In this document: positions 52,107 to 64,000 of the stretch, piece after piece | Position numbering within the stretch: position 1 is the stretch's first letter | Layout: each line of letters starts with the position of its first letter | From: Escherichia coli | Lineage (GTDB): Bacteria > Pseudomonadota > Gammaproteobacteria > Enterobacterales > Enterobacteriaceae | Strand: one strand, 5' to 3' | Assembly: GCF_044324875.1 (NCBI RefSeq) | Contig: NZ_CP172185.1 | DNA: 64,000 bases | The notes under the pieces: generated by a model | What the model saw: the letters and a program-made list of their open reading frames with translations, nothing else | Databases searched by the model: none | Told to the model about the DNA's origin: nothing | Position numbers and translations under genes: made by a program

Positions 52107-54779
52107 CTACAGCAAGCTCTTGACATAACTGTCAATGTCGCTGATGTATTTTTCTATTCCTGGAACATCCTTCTCACGAATCAGATGTTCCAGCGTTTCA
52201 CATAACTGCTTGCCGGGTACCAGATTTAGCATGGCAAATACGCCTTTAAGACGATGAGCCGTTTGGGCTAACGCAGCAAAGTCACTGGTTGCTGCTTCAG
52301 TATACAGCCTCTTAACATCATCCGGTACTGTGTCTACAAAGAGCGCATAATAGCCGCTGGCATGGAGTTGCGCATTTTCATCTCCGCCCAGAGGCGATTC
52401 TGTCACCTCTTCCTGCGCCAGTTGCACTTCAATTAATTGTAAGACCGCTTCCTGCATAGCGTTGCTCATATTGAAGTTGACGCACAATTGACCAGGCCCA
52501 ATTTCCCGTACGCCAGACTCATCATCGCTTAAAAGCAAGCCAGAGGCAGTAAGATTAGACGGATTATCCGTTAAAAAGATATCATAATCTTGACTAATTA
52601 ATCTTTCATCGGGTGTGATACAGGTTGCACCCCAATTTTCTAACTGGCGAGTGACAATATTCCGAATTTCTGCCGAAGTAACATCCACCATTACGCAGAC
52701 ATCATCCAGTAAACGCTCTTCTTCCTCTTCAACTTCCGGGTCAGCTGCGAGCATTTTGATATGCACAGAGTAGCGTGTACCAAGCCCATCCCGCGTTTTG
52801 ATGTTTAAATGACCGCCCAGTTTACGTGCCAGTTGATCGCTCAGCCAGAATGCCAGCGGGTCCGCCTTGCCATAGCGATCGTTTTGGGTCTGGTTGATAA
52901 ACGGGAAGTGCAAATTATCCATTTCATGAATACTTACGCCTTCTCCCGTGTCCAGAATGCGGAACGTCAGGCGGTCTTCGGAGGACTCATCCTGATCAAC
53001 CTCAAGGGTGATTTTTCCCAATTGCGTTGAGGTCACGGCATATTGCATCAGTAGCAGCAAAATACGTCGTAAGGCATCGCGATCGCCGCGGCGCATATCG
53101 TGTGCTTTCAGATGATTGTTAATCAGCAGTTGCAGACCTTTACGCTTGATGGCAGGCAACACTGAAGGCACAACTTCATCAATCAAATCCTGCACGGAGA
53201 ACAGCACCGTCTCACTTTTCCAGCTATCGTCCGCAAGCATGTTCGCTAACTGTATTTCATCGACCAGCCGCACCAGCACATCTGCCTGATTCGCCAGTTG
53301 TTTGCTTTCCGGGGCGTTGAGTTTAGCCGCGCTCTCCGCCAGGGACTGTGCGGGTTCTTTCAGCGCATCGCCAATGTTTTTCATAAAGGTCATCCGCCCC
53401 TGCTGGTTTTTCTCATACAGACGCTGCGCCTGCTTGAGTTTCTTGTTTACCAGCACTTCGCGATCCTGATCGCGAATAATGAAAATTTGTGTGCGCGGCG
53501 CAACCTGGCTGCGGAACATGCGGATCTCATACAGCTCGTTATTGATCGTCGCCTGAATAATCCCCTGATGCTGTTCCGCCATGGTGGTGATGTTTTGCAG
53601 ATTCAAATGCGGCAGCAAATGATCGGCAATTTTGTTACTTATGACAGTGCGGTTCGATTCCTGATCGTGAACCAGCAGGCCGAGCGGCAGCAGTGAGACT
53701 ATCTCTTCATTGATTGCCCGTAAAATGCGCAATTCGTTATTGACCGCCGAGCTGGGGACGTTTTCTGTACTGCGGCTGGAGAAATGGCGGAATGTGGTAT
53801 AGCCAAATAACGCCAGCGCCAGCAAACCGATATTCAGCAGCAGTGGCAGCAGAATGTTTTGCAACGTATCCAGCAATAAGGTGCCATAAGGTACCTGCCA
53901 GACCAGGCGCATATCGGTAGAGTTGAGTGCGGAGGAGATTTCAATCTTCGTACTGTTAAAGTGGATACTGACGCTATCCGTCCCTTCTTTCTCATTATCA
54001 TTGTTTCCCGTTGCCGTCGCGTCTGGCTCAAGGCGGAAACTGTCCAGCGGCATACCCGGTGGGATCAAATCATTAATCGGCAGATCAAAAGCCACGACCG
54101 TTGCCAGATGTCCTGGCTGGTTAAAGGTAGTACGCAAGGTAAAGTAATGACCGTTCTGCCAGGCCAGGCGGCGCATGTTAGAAAAGCTTTCGCGTTCATC
54201 GAGGGCGTTGGCCTGTTGCAACATCTCTGCACGACGTGAATCAACAATGTCGCTGACGGTCGATTCTTTAAATCCGGAGGTGAGATCTTTGAGGGGCAGG
54301 GTTGAGATCAGCACCAGACTGTTATCCTGACCATTCAGGTAATACATCGACCACGGTACATTTTCTGCGCCCCACAATGTGTCCAGATAGGTGGACATCC
54401 GTTGAGTCATCTCAAGCGTTGAGTTGTCGTGAGAGCCAAAGATTAACGCTTCCGTTTTGCGGCGTGGTTTTTCCAGATAGTAGACATCCTGTTTCAGGCG
54501 CGTCTCTTGTAAACCTTCGCCGGAGGAGGGGGCGGTCGTCGCGGCAATGTTGTCGTAGATCTGCCAGGTCACGTAACGCCAGGTATCGACGCGCTTTTGG
54601 ATAGCGTGGGTAATGTCGACAATCTGGTAACTTTTATCTTTCAGCCAGGCGTTAACGGCGCTTTGTACCATTACACCCATCGTCACCAGTAACACAATGA
54701 TCAACAGTAAAAAGAAGCGGGTAATGCTCCCCGGTAGGAGTGAAAAGCGGGTCGTGGCCGTTGTCTCTTTCTGACGCAT
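52107..54779 (-). CDS. rcsD: Phosphotransfer intermediate RcsD (YojN)
   Basis: 890-aa ORF MRQKETTATTRFSLLPGSITRFFLLLIIVLLV... with N-terminal TM segments, degenerate kinase-like core and C-terminal HPt domain. Confidence 0.9.
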   Translation of the reverse strand: MRQKETTATTRFSLLPGSITRFFLLLIIVLLVTMGVMVQSAVNAWLKDKSYQIVDITHAIQKRVDTWRYVTWQIYDNIAATTAPSSGEGLQETRLKQDVYYLEKPRRKTEALIFGSHDNSTLEMTQRMSTYLDTLWGAENVPWSMYYLNGQDNSLVLISTLPLKDLTSGFKESTVSDIVDSRRAEMLQQANALDERESFSNMRRLAWQNGHYFTLRTTFNQPGHLATVVAFDLPINDLIPPGMPLDSFRLEPDATATGNNDNEKEGTDSVSIHFNSTKIEISSALNSTDMRLVWQVPYGTLLLDTLQNILLPLLLNIGLLALALFGYTTFRHFSSRSTENVPSSAVNNELRILRAINEEIVSLLPLGLLVHDQESNRTVISNKIADHLLPHLNLQNITTMAEQHQGIIQATINNELYEIRMFRSQVAPRTQIFIIRDQDREVLVNKKLKQAQRLYEKNQQGRMTFMKNIGDALKEPAQSLAESAAKLNAPESKQLANQADVLVRLVDEIQLANMLADDSWKSETVLFSVQDLIDEVVPSVLPAIKRKGLQLLINNHLKAHDMRRGDRDALRRILLLLMQYAVTSTQLGKITLEVDQDESSEDRLTFRILDTGEGVSIHEMDNLHFPFINQTQNDRYGKADPLAFWLSDQLARKLGGHLNIKTRDGLGTRYSVHIKMLAADPEVEEEEERLLDDVCVMVDVTSAEIRNIVTRQLENWGATCITPDERLISQDYDIFLTDNPSNLTASGLLLSDDESGVREIGPGQLCVNFNMSNAMQEAVLQLIEVQLAQEEVTESPLGGDENAQLHASGYYALFVDTVPDDVKRLYTEAATSDFAALAQTAHRLKGVFAMLNLVPGKQLCETLEHLIREKDVPGIEKYISDIDSYVKSLL

Positions 54780-55090
54780 TCGTGTTTATGACCTGTTAAA
54801 ACTTCGCGAAGTGATAGGGCAGTATAAAGGGTACAGTGTGAAATTCCAGACTCTTACCTGATTGATGATTCTCTATTCTCCCGTGATATTTATCATCCTG
54901 CATTGGGGGAAATAGATGTACAAGCGCCATTTTGCTGTACAAATAACCTACAAAAAGCCCAACGAAATTAATTGCAAATAAACGAAGATTGCTGGAAATT
55001 ATGCTGATGTTAATTATTTGTGAAATAGTTAACAAGCGTTATAGTTTTTCTGTGGTAGCACAGAATAATGAAAAGTGTGTAAAGAAGGGT

Positions 55091-55183
55091 AAAAAAAACC
55101 GGATGCGAGGCATCCGGTTGAAATAGGGGTAAACAGACATTCAGAAATGAATGACGGTAATAAATAAAGTTAATGATGATAGC
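55091..55183 (-). ncRNA. micF: MicF antisense sRNA
   Basis: Minus-strand sequence gctatcatcattaactttatttattaccgtcattcatttctgaatgtctgtttacccctatttcaaccggatgcctcgcatccggtttttttt matches micF as I recall it, including the terminal stem-loop and U-run; divergent from ompC. Confidence 0.85.
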
Positions 55184-55329
55184 GGGAGTTATTCTAGTTG
55201 CGAGTGAAGGTTTTGTTTTGACATTCAGTGCTGTCAAATACTTAAGAATAAGTTATTGATTTTAACCTTGAATTATTATTGCTTGATGTTAGGTGCTTAT
55301 TTCGCCATTCCGCAATAATCTTAAAAAGT

Positions 55330-55410
55330 TCCCTTCTATTTACATTTTGAAACATCTATAGCGATAAATGAAACATCTTAAAAGTTTTAGTATCATATTC
55401 GTGTTGGATT
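55330..55410 (+). promoter_or_regulatory. OmpR-binding boxes of the ompC promoter
   Basis: tttacattttgaaacatcta (55338-55357) followed by aaatgaaacatcttaaaagttttagtatcatattcgtgttgg; tandem TTTAC/GAAACA-type repeats about 110-180 bp upstream of the ompC ATG. Confidence 0.6.
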
Positions 55411-55502
55411 ATTCTGCATTTTTGGGGAGAATGGACTTGCCGACTGATTAATGAGGGTTAATCAGTATGCAGTGGCATAAAAAAGCAAATAAAGGCATAT
55501 AA

Positions 55503-56645
<1,143 letters not shown>

Positions 56646-56663
56646 TCTCGATTGATATCGAAC

Positions 56664-56687
56664 AAAGGGCCTGCGGGCCCTTTTTTC
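56664..56687 (+). terminator. Rho-independent terminator of ompC
   Basis: aaagggcctgcgggcccttttttc: GC stem followed by T-run. Confidence 0.75.
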
Positions 56688-56756
56688 ATTGTTTTCAGCG
56701 TACAAACACAGTTTTTTGGTGTACTCTTGCGACCGTTCGCATGAGGATAATCACGT

Positions 56757-57812
56757 ATGGAAATAAGCTTTACCCGCGTGGCACTGCTGGCTGCCGCGCT
56801 CTTCTTTGTTGGTTGCGATCAAAAACCACAACCCGCCAAAACCCACGCTACTGAAGTTACCGTTCTTGAAGGCAAAACCATGGGTACCTTCTGGCGTGCC
56901 AGCATTCCGGGCATTGACGCCAAACGCAGTACCGAACTTAAAGAAAAGATTCAGACCCAGCTGGACGCTGACGATCAGCTGCTTTCGACCTATAAAAAAG
57001 ATTCCGCGCTGATGCGATTTAACGACTCGCAAAGTTTATCGCCGTGGCCGGTAAGTGAAGCGATGGCCGATATCGTCACTACCTCGCTGCGCATTGGCGC
57101 AAGGACCGATGGTGCGATGGATATAACCGTCGGGCCGCTGGTGAATCTGTGGGGCTTTGGCCCGGAACAACAGCCGGTTCAAATTCCGAGCCAGGAACAA
57201 ATTGATGCGATGAAAGCCAAAACCGGCTTACAGCACCTGACGGTCATTAATCAGTCGCATCAGCAATATCTGCAAAAAGACCTGCCGGATTTATATGTCG
57301 ATCTCTCTACCGTCGGTGAAGGTTATGCGGCGGATCACCTGGCACGCTTGATAGAGCAGGAAGGGATTTCCCGCTATCTGGTGTCGGTGGGCGGCGCGCT
57401 GAACAGCCGTGGTATGAACGGTGAAGGCCAGCCGTGGCGGGTAGCGATTCAAAAACCAACCGATAAAGAAAACGCAGTTCAGGCCGTGGTGGATATCAAC
57501 GGTCATGGCATTAGCACCTCTGGCAGCTACCGTAACTATTACGAACTGGATGGCAAACGTCTTTCTCATGTTATCGATCCGCAAACCGGGCGTCCCATCG
57601 AACACAATCTGGTATCCGTGACGGTGATTGCCCCGACGGCGCTGGTAGCCGATGCCTGGGATACTGGCTTGATGGTACTGGGGCCGGAGAAAGCCAAAGA
57701 GGTTGTTCGTCGGGAAGGGCTGGCGGTTTATATGATCACCAAAGAGGGCGATAGTTTTAAAACCTGGATGTCGCCGCAGTTTAAAAGCTTCCTTATCAGC
57801 GAAAAAAATTAA
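56757..57812 (+). CDS. apbE: FAD:protein FMN transferase (ApbE/Ftp) lipoprotein
   Basis: 351-aa ORF; lipobox-like FFVGC in the signal peptide; ApbE-family sequence. Confidence 0.85.
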   Translation: MEISFTRVALLAAALFFVGCDQKPQPAKTHATEVTVLEGKTMGTFWRASIPGIDAKRSTELKEKIQTQLDADDQLLSTYKKDSALMRFNDSQSLSPWPVSEAMADIVTTSLRIGARTDGAMDITVGPLVNLWGFGPEQQPVQIPSQEQIDAMKAKTGLQHLTVINQSHQQYLQKDLPDLYVDLSTVGEGYAADHLARLIEQEGISRYLVSVGGALNSRGMNGEGQPWRVAIQKPTDKENAVQAVVDINGHGISTSGSYRNYYELDGKRLSHVIDPQTGRPIEHNLVSVTVIAPTALVADAWDTGLMVLGPEKAKEVVRREGLAVYMITKEGDSFKTWMSPQFKSFLISEKN

Positions 57813-57818
57813 AGCGCA
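57803..57818 (+). promoter_or_regulatory. Ada box (AAANNAAAGCGCA) of the ada-alkB promoter
   Basis: aaaaaaattaaagcgca overlaps the apbE stop codon, about 70 bp upstream of the ada ATG. Confidence 0.55.
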
Positions 57819-57885
57819 AGATTGTTGGTTTTTGCGCGATGGTGACCGGGCAGACTAAAGGCTATCCTTAACCAGGGAGCTGATT

Positions 57886-58950
57886 ATGAAAAACGCCACA
57901 TGCTTAACTGACGATCAACGCTGGCAATCTGTCTTAGCCCGCGACCCGAATGCCGACGGCGAATTCGTTTTCGCCGTGCGCACCACAGGCATCTTTTGCC
58001 GTCCGTCTTGCCGCGCCAGACATGCTTTGCGGGAAAACGTCTCCTTCTACGCAAATGCCAGTGAGGCACTCACCGCCGGATTTCGCCCCTGCAAACGCTG
58101 CCAACCCGATAAAGCCAATGCCCAGCAACATCGGTTGGATAAAATCACCCACGCCTGCCGACTGCTGGAACAGGAAACGCCTGTAACGCTGGAAACCTTA
58201 GCCGACCAGGTGGCGATGAGCCCGTTCCATCTGCATCGGTTGTTTAAAGCGACTACCGGAATGACGCCGAAAGCCTGGCAACAGGCCTGGCGCGCTCGCC
58301 GTTTGCGCGAATCGCTGGCGAAAGGGGAGAGCGTGACTACATCTATTCTTAACGCCGGATTTCCCGACAGCAGCAGTTACTACCGCAAAGCCGACGAAAC
58401 GCTGGGCATGACGGCTAAACAATTCCGTCACGGTGGCGAAAATCTGGCGGTGCGTTACGCGCTGGCTGATTGTGAGCTGGGCCGTTGCCTGGTGGCAGAA
58501 AGCGAGCGGGGGATTTGCGCGATATTGCTGGGCGATGATGACGCGACATTAATCAGCGAGTTGCAGCAGATGTTTCCCGCTGCCGACAACGCGCCTGCCG
58601 ATTTGACGTTTCAACAACATGTGCGTGAAGTGATCGCCAGCCTCAATCAACGCGATACGCCGCTGACGTTACCGCTGGACATTCGCGGCACTGCTTTTCA
58701 GCAACAAGTCTGGCAGGCACTGCGCACGATACCTTGCGGTGAAACCGTCAGTTATCAGCAACTGGCGAACGCCATCGGCAAACCGAAAGCGGTACGGGCC
58801 GTTGCCAGCGCCTGTGCCGCCAACAAGCTGGCTATCATAATACCCTGTCATCGGGTGGTCCGTGGTGATGGCACACTTTCCGGTTACCGCTGGGGCGTGT
58901 CGCGTAAAGCGCAACTGCTGCGCCGCGAAGCTGAGAATGAGGAGAGGTAA
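57886..58950 (+). CDS. ada: Ada: O6-methylguanine-DNA methyltransferase / AraC-type transcriptional activator
   Basis: 354-aa ORF with N-terminal Zn-Cys cluster (CRPSCRARH...CKRC), AraC HTH and C-terminal PCHRV active site. Confidence 0.9.
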   Translation: MKNATCLTDDQRWQSVLARDPNADGEFVFAVRTTGIFCRPSCRARHALRENVSFYANASEALTAGFRPCKRCQPDKANAQQHRLDKITHACRLLEQETPVTLETLADQVAMSPFHLHRLFKATTGMTPKAWQQAWRARRLRESLAKGESVTTSILNAGFPDSSSYYRKADETLGMTAKQFRHGGENLAVRYALADCELGRCLVAESERGICAILLGDDDATLISELQQMFPAADNAPADLTFQQHVREVIASLNQRDTPLTLPLDIRGTAFQQQVWQALRTIPCGETVSYQQLANAIGKPKAVRAVASACAANKLAIIIPCHRVVRGDGTLSGYRWGVSRKAQLLRREAENEER

Positions 58951-59600
58951 TGTTGGATCTGTTTGCCGATGCTGAACCGTGGCAAGAGCCACTGGCGGCT
59001 GGTGCGGTAATTTTACGGCGTTTTGCTTTTAACGCTGCGGAGCAACTGATCCGCGATATTAATGACGTTGCCAGCCAGTCGCCGTTTCGCCAGATGGTCA
59101 CCCCCGGCGGATATACCATGTCGGTGGCGATGACCAACAGTGGGCATCTGGGCTGGACGACCCATCGGCAAGGTTATCTCTATTCGCCCATTGATCCGCA
59201 AACAAATAAACCGTGGCCCGCCATGCCACAAAGCTTTCATGATTTATGTCAACGTGCGGCTACGGCGGCGGGCTATCCAGATTTCCAGCCAGATGCTTGT
59301 CTTATCAACCGCTACGCTCCTGGCGCGAAACTGTCGCTGCATCAGGATAAAGACGAACCGGATCTGCGCGCGCCGATTGTTTCTGTTTCTCTGGGCTTAC
59401 CCGCAATTTTTCAATTTGGCGGCCTGAAACGAAATGATCCGCTAAAACGTTTGTTGTTGGAACATGGCGATGTGGTGGTATGGGGCGGTGAATCGCGGCT
59501 GTTTTATCATGGCATTCAACCGTTGAAAGCGGGGTTTCATCCACTCACCACCGACTGCCGCTACAACCTGACATTCCGTCAGGCAGGTAAAAAAGAATAA
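58950..59600 (+). CDS. alkB: AlkB Fe(II)/2-oxoglutarate-dependent DNA/RNA demethylase
   Basis: 216-aa ORF MLDLFADAEPWQEPLAAGAVILRRFA...; start overlaps the ada stop (TAATG). Confidence 0.9.
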   Translation: MLDLFADAEPWQEPLAAGAVILRRFAFNAAEQLIRDINDVASQSPFRQMVTPGGYTMSVAMTNSGHLGWTTHRQGYLYSPIDPQTNKPWPAMPQSFHDLCQRAATAAGYPDFQPDACLINRYAPGAKLSLHQDKDEPDLRAPIVSVSLGLPAIFQFGGLKRNDPLKRLLLEHGDVVVWGGESRLFYHGIQPLKAGFHPLTTDCRYNLTFRQAGKKE

Positions 59601-59675
59601 AAATAAGAATTATTATTGCTGTGCGCGCGAAGATGTTTAAACTGCGGGCTGTAATTCATTGTCCGGGTTTTCTGC

Positions 59676-61319
59676 ATGGAACTTCTTGTACTTGTCTGGC
59701 GGCAGTATCGCTGGCCATTTATCAGTGTGATGGCGCTAAGCCTCGCCAGTGCGGCTTTAGGCATTGGCTTAATTGCTTTTATCAATCAGCGCCTTATCGA
59801 AACGGCGGATACCAGTCTGCTGGTGTTGCCGGAGTTTCTGGGATTATTGCTGCTGTTGATGGCAGTCACTCTCGGATCGCAACTGGCGCTCACCACTTTG
59901 GGGCATCACTTCGTTTACCGACTGCGTAGTGAATTTATCAAGCGGATTCTCGATACTCACGTCGAGCGCATTGAACAACTCGGTAGCGCCTCGTTGCTGG
60001 CGGGATTAACCAGCGATGTGCGCAATATCACCATTGCTTTTGTGCGTCTGCCGGAACTGGTGCAGGGGATCATCCTCACTATCGGTTCCGCGGCGTACTT
60101 GTGGATGCTGTCGGGCAAAATGTTGCTGGTAACGGCTATCTGGATGGCAGTCACCATCTGGGGCGGTTTTATACTGGTGGCGCGGGTGTACAAACATATG
60201 GCGACCCTGCGTGAAACCGAAGATAAGCTGTACACGGATTTTCAAACCGTACTCGAAGGGCGCAAAGAGCTGACTCTGAACCGTGAACGCGCCGAGTATG
60301 TGTTTAACAACCTCTACATTCCTGATGCGCAAGAGTATCGCCATCATATTATCCGCGCAGACACCTTCCATCTTAGTGCCGTGAACTGGTCAAACATCAT
60401 GATGCTGGGCGCAATCGGCCTGGTGTTCTGGATGGCGAACAGTCTCGGTTGGGCTGATACCAACGTTGCCGCGACCTATTCGTTGACGCTGTTATTCCTG
60501 CGTACGCCGCTGCTTTCGGCGGTTGGCGCATTACCGACGCTGCTGACGGCGCAGGTGGCGTTTAACAAGCTGAACAAATTCGCGCTCGCACCTTTCAAAG
60601 CAGAGTTTCCACGCCCGCAGGCGTTTCCCAACTGGCAAACGCTGGAGCTGCGTAACGTGACGTTTGCTTATCAGGATAATGCGTTTTCCGTTGGGCCGAT
60701 TAACCTCACCATTAAACGTGGCGAGCTGCTGTTTCTGATTGGTGGCAACGGTAGTGGAAAATCGACGCTGGCGATGTTGCTGACGGGCTTGTATCAGCCA
60801 CAAAGCGGCGAAATCTTGCTGGATGGCAAACCTGTCAGCGGCGAACAACCGGAAGATTATCGCAAACTGTTTTCGGCAGTGTTTACCGATGTCTGGCTGT
60901 TCGATCAACTGCTGGGGCCGGAGGGTCAACCCGCTAACCCGCAACTGATTGAGAAGTGGCTGGCGCAACTGAAAATGGCTCATAAGCTTGAGTTAAGTAA
61001 CGGGCGTATTGTTAACCTGAAGTTATCGAAAGGGCAGAAAAAACGCGTGGCGCTGTTGCTGGCGCTGGCAGAAGAACGCGATATTATCCTGCTGGATGAA
61101 TGGGCGGCGGATCAGGACCCACACTTCCGTCGTGAGTTTTATCAGGTGCTGCTGCCGCTGATGCAGGAGATGGGTAAAACGATTTTCGCCATCAGTCATG
61201 ATGATCATTACTTTATCCACGCTGACCGCCTGCTGGAAATGCGCAACGGGCTACTTAGCGAGCTGACAGGCGAAGAGCGCGATGCTGCTTCGCGTGATGC
61301 CGTTGCCCGGACGGCATAA
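59676..61319 (+). CDS. yojI: ABC transporter, fused permease/ATPase (YojI, microcin J25 efflux type)
   Basis: 547-aa ORF with N-terminal TM domain and C-terminal NBD (Walker [10 protein letters not shown], signature LSKGQKKR, Walker B ILLDE). Confidence 0.85.
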   Translation: MELLVLVWRQYRWPFISVMALSLASAALGIGLIAFINQRLIETADTSLLVLPEFLGLLLLLMAVTLGSQLALTTLGHHFVYRLRSEFIKRILDTHVERIEQLGSASLLAGLTSDVRNITIAFVRLPELVQGIILTIGSAAYLWMLSGKMLLVTAIWMAVTIWGGFILVARVYKHMATLRETEDKLYTDFQTVLEGRKELTLNRERAEYVFNNLYIPDAQEYRHHIIRADTFHLSAVNWSNIMMLGAIGLVFWMANSLGWADTNVAATYSLTLLFLRTPLLSAVGALPTLLTAQVAFNKLNKFALAPFKAEFPRPQAFPNWQTLELRNVTFAYQDNAFSVGPINLTIKRGELLFLIGGNGSGKSTLAMLLTGLYQPQSGEILLDGKPVSGEQPEDYRKLFSAVFTDVWLFDQLLGPEGQPANPQLIEKWLAQLKMAHKLELSNGRIVNLKLSKGQKKRVALLLALAEERDIILLDEWAADQDPHFRREFYQVLLPLMQEMGKTIFAISHDDHYFIHADRLLEMRNGLLSELTGEERDAASRDAVARTA

Positions 61320-61524
61320 TATTTCGACGCTGACCTGGCGGACTGCTGCTGCCAGGTCAATATTCTAAAAATCCCTTCGTTTCTAATAACCCTATAATTA
61401 ATCAACGAAATTATAATGTTTCTAAAAATAGAATATAATTTATAAACATTATTTAAATGTTGTTACTTAAGTGTTACCGTTGATGCCGCGCAAATCTCAC
61501 CTGCAATAAAGCGACTAAAAGTAA

Positions 61525-63183
<1,659 letters not shown>

Positions 63184-63189
63184 TGATGT

Positions 63190-63312
63190 GCCACATCCGG
63201 CATGGTATGCCGGATGTGGCGTATGCAGATAAGACGCGTCAGCGTCGCATCAGGCAACCGGCTCGGGCGTTAGATGTCGGATGCGGCGTGACCGCCTTAT
63301 CTGACCTACGGG
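63190..63312. repeat. REP/BIME cluster between convergent mqo and eco
   Basis: gccacatccggcatggtatgccggatgtggc, gcagataagacgcgtcagcgtcgcatcaggc and gatgcggcgtgaccgccttatctgacctac palindromic units. Confidence 0.7.
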
Positions 63313-63332
63313 GTGCCGCACTTCACGGCAGT

Positions 63333-63821
63333 TTAGCGAACTACCGCGTTGTCAATTTTCTCTTCCGCCTTCCAGATGCGGTATTTCACATCCACATTGT
63401 CTGGCGTATACACCACGATAGGCAGCTTGCTGTTGTAACGCAGCATTCCAGCATCGCCCAGATACGCGGTGACAAATTTCTTCTCTTTCTTGCCATCCGG
63501 GCAGGCCATCATCGTCGAAACCGGGGAACTGACTTTATCAAAGACATAATAATCATAGCCCCAGCCTTCCAGCGTTTTGCTTTCCAGCTTCCCGCCGAGA
63601 CGATGCAAATTGCAATCGACTTCCAGCGTCTGACCGATTAACAGTTCTACTTTCAGGGTAGATTCATCTTCTTGCGGGGTTAACTGAATCACCTGACGCT
63701 TCATGCCTTTTTCAGCTTGCGGATAAGGAGCGATTTTTTCCAGTGGCTGGACGCTCTCTGCCGCCCAGGCGGAGGTGGTGGCGAAAGCGGCAAACAATAC
63801 TGCAGGTAGAATGGTCTTCAT
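63333..63821 (-). CDS. eco: Ecotin, periplasmic serine-protease inhibitor
   Basis: 162-aa [47 protein letters not shown]... Confidence 0.9.
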   Translation of the reverse strand: MKTILPAVLFAAFATTSAWAAESVQPLEKIAPYPQAEKGMKRQVIQLTPQEDESTLKVELLIGQTLEVDCNLHRLGGKLESKTLEGWGYDYYVFDKVSSPVSTMMACPDGKKEKKFVTAYLGDAGMLRYNSKLPIVVYTPDNVDVKYRIWKAEEKIDNAVVR

Positions 63822-64000
63822 TTTTGCTTTCCTTCTTCATTTATAGGTTTTCACCGATGATGTCGCTGAAGGTTAACATATTCATCAGATTTATTAATTT
63901 GCTTTATGAATAACTTAAAGAACATTCAGATAATTTTACCTGCTCTTTTAGTGTTAAATTCTGATGAGAGAGCAAACCAACAGAAATATTTCTGGTGAAT

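Overview
This window reads as one contiguous Escherichia coli chromosomal segment: the nudI'-yfaZ-yfaY-rhmRDTA-rpnE-glpCBA/glpTQ-inaA-yfaE-nrdBA-yfaL-ubiG-gyrA-yfaATSQP-atoBEAD/atoCS-rcsC-rcsB-rcsD-micF-ompC-apbE-ada-alkB-yojI-mqo-eco neighbourhood. Gene identities come from reading the supplied translations against my memory of E. coli proteins; no database search was run. Order matches the K-12 map as I recall it, in inverted orientation, but the strain is not K-12-like: yfaS is intact, and about 4 kb lies between glpQ and inaA where I recall K-12 having only the yfaH fragment. I call about 46 CDS, the micF antisense sRNA, four REP/BIME clusters, several terminators and a few regulatory sites. 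I see no rRNA, tRNA, CRISPR array, IS element or prophage. The best candidates for something new are: (1) an AT-rich islet at 14.8-16.6 kb carrying a 368-aa protein with no family I can recognise; (2) the intact, translationally coupled, all-exported yfaA-yfaT-yfaS-yfaQ-yfaP alpha-2-macroglobulin cassette of unknown function; (3) rpnE with an internal SD+ATG and a duplicated free-standing tail gene ypaA, a toxin/intragenic-antitoxin-like layout. Everything else is ordinary core genome.
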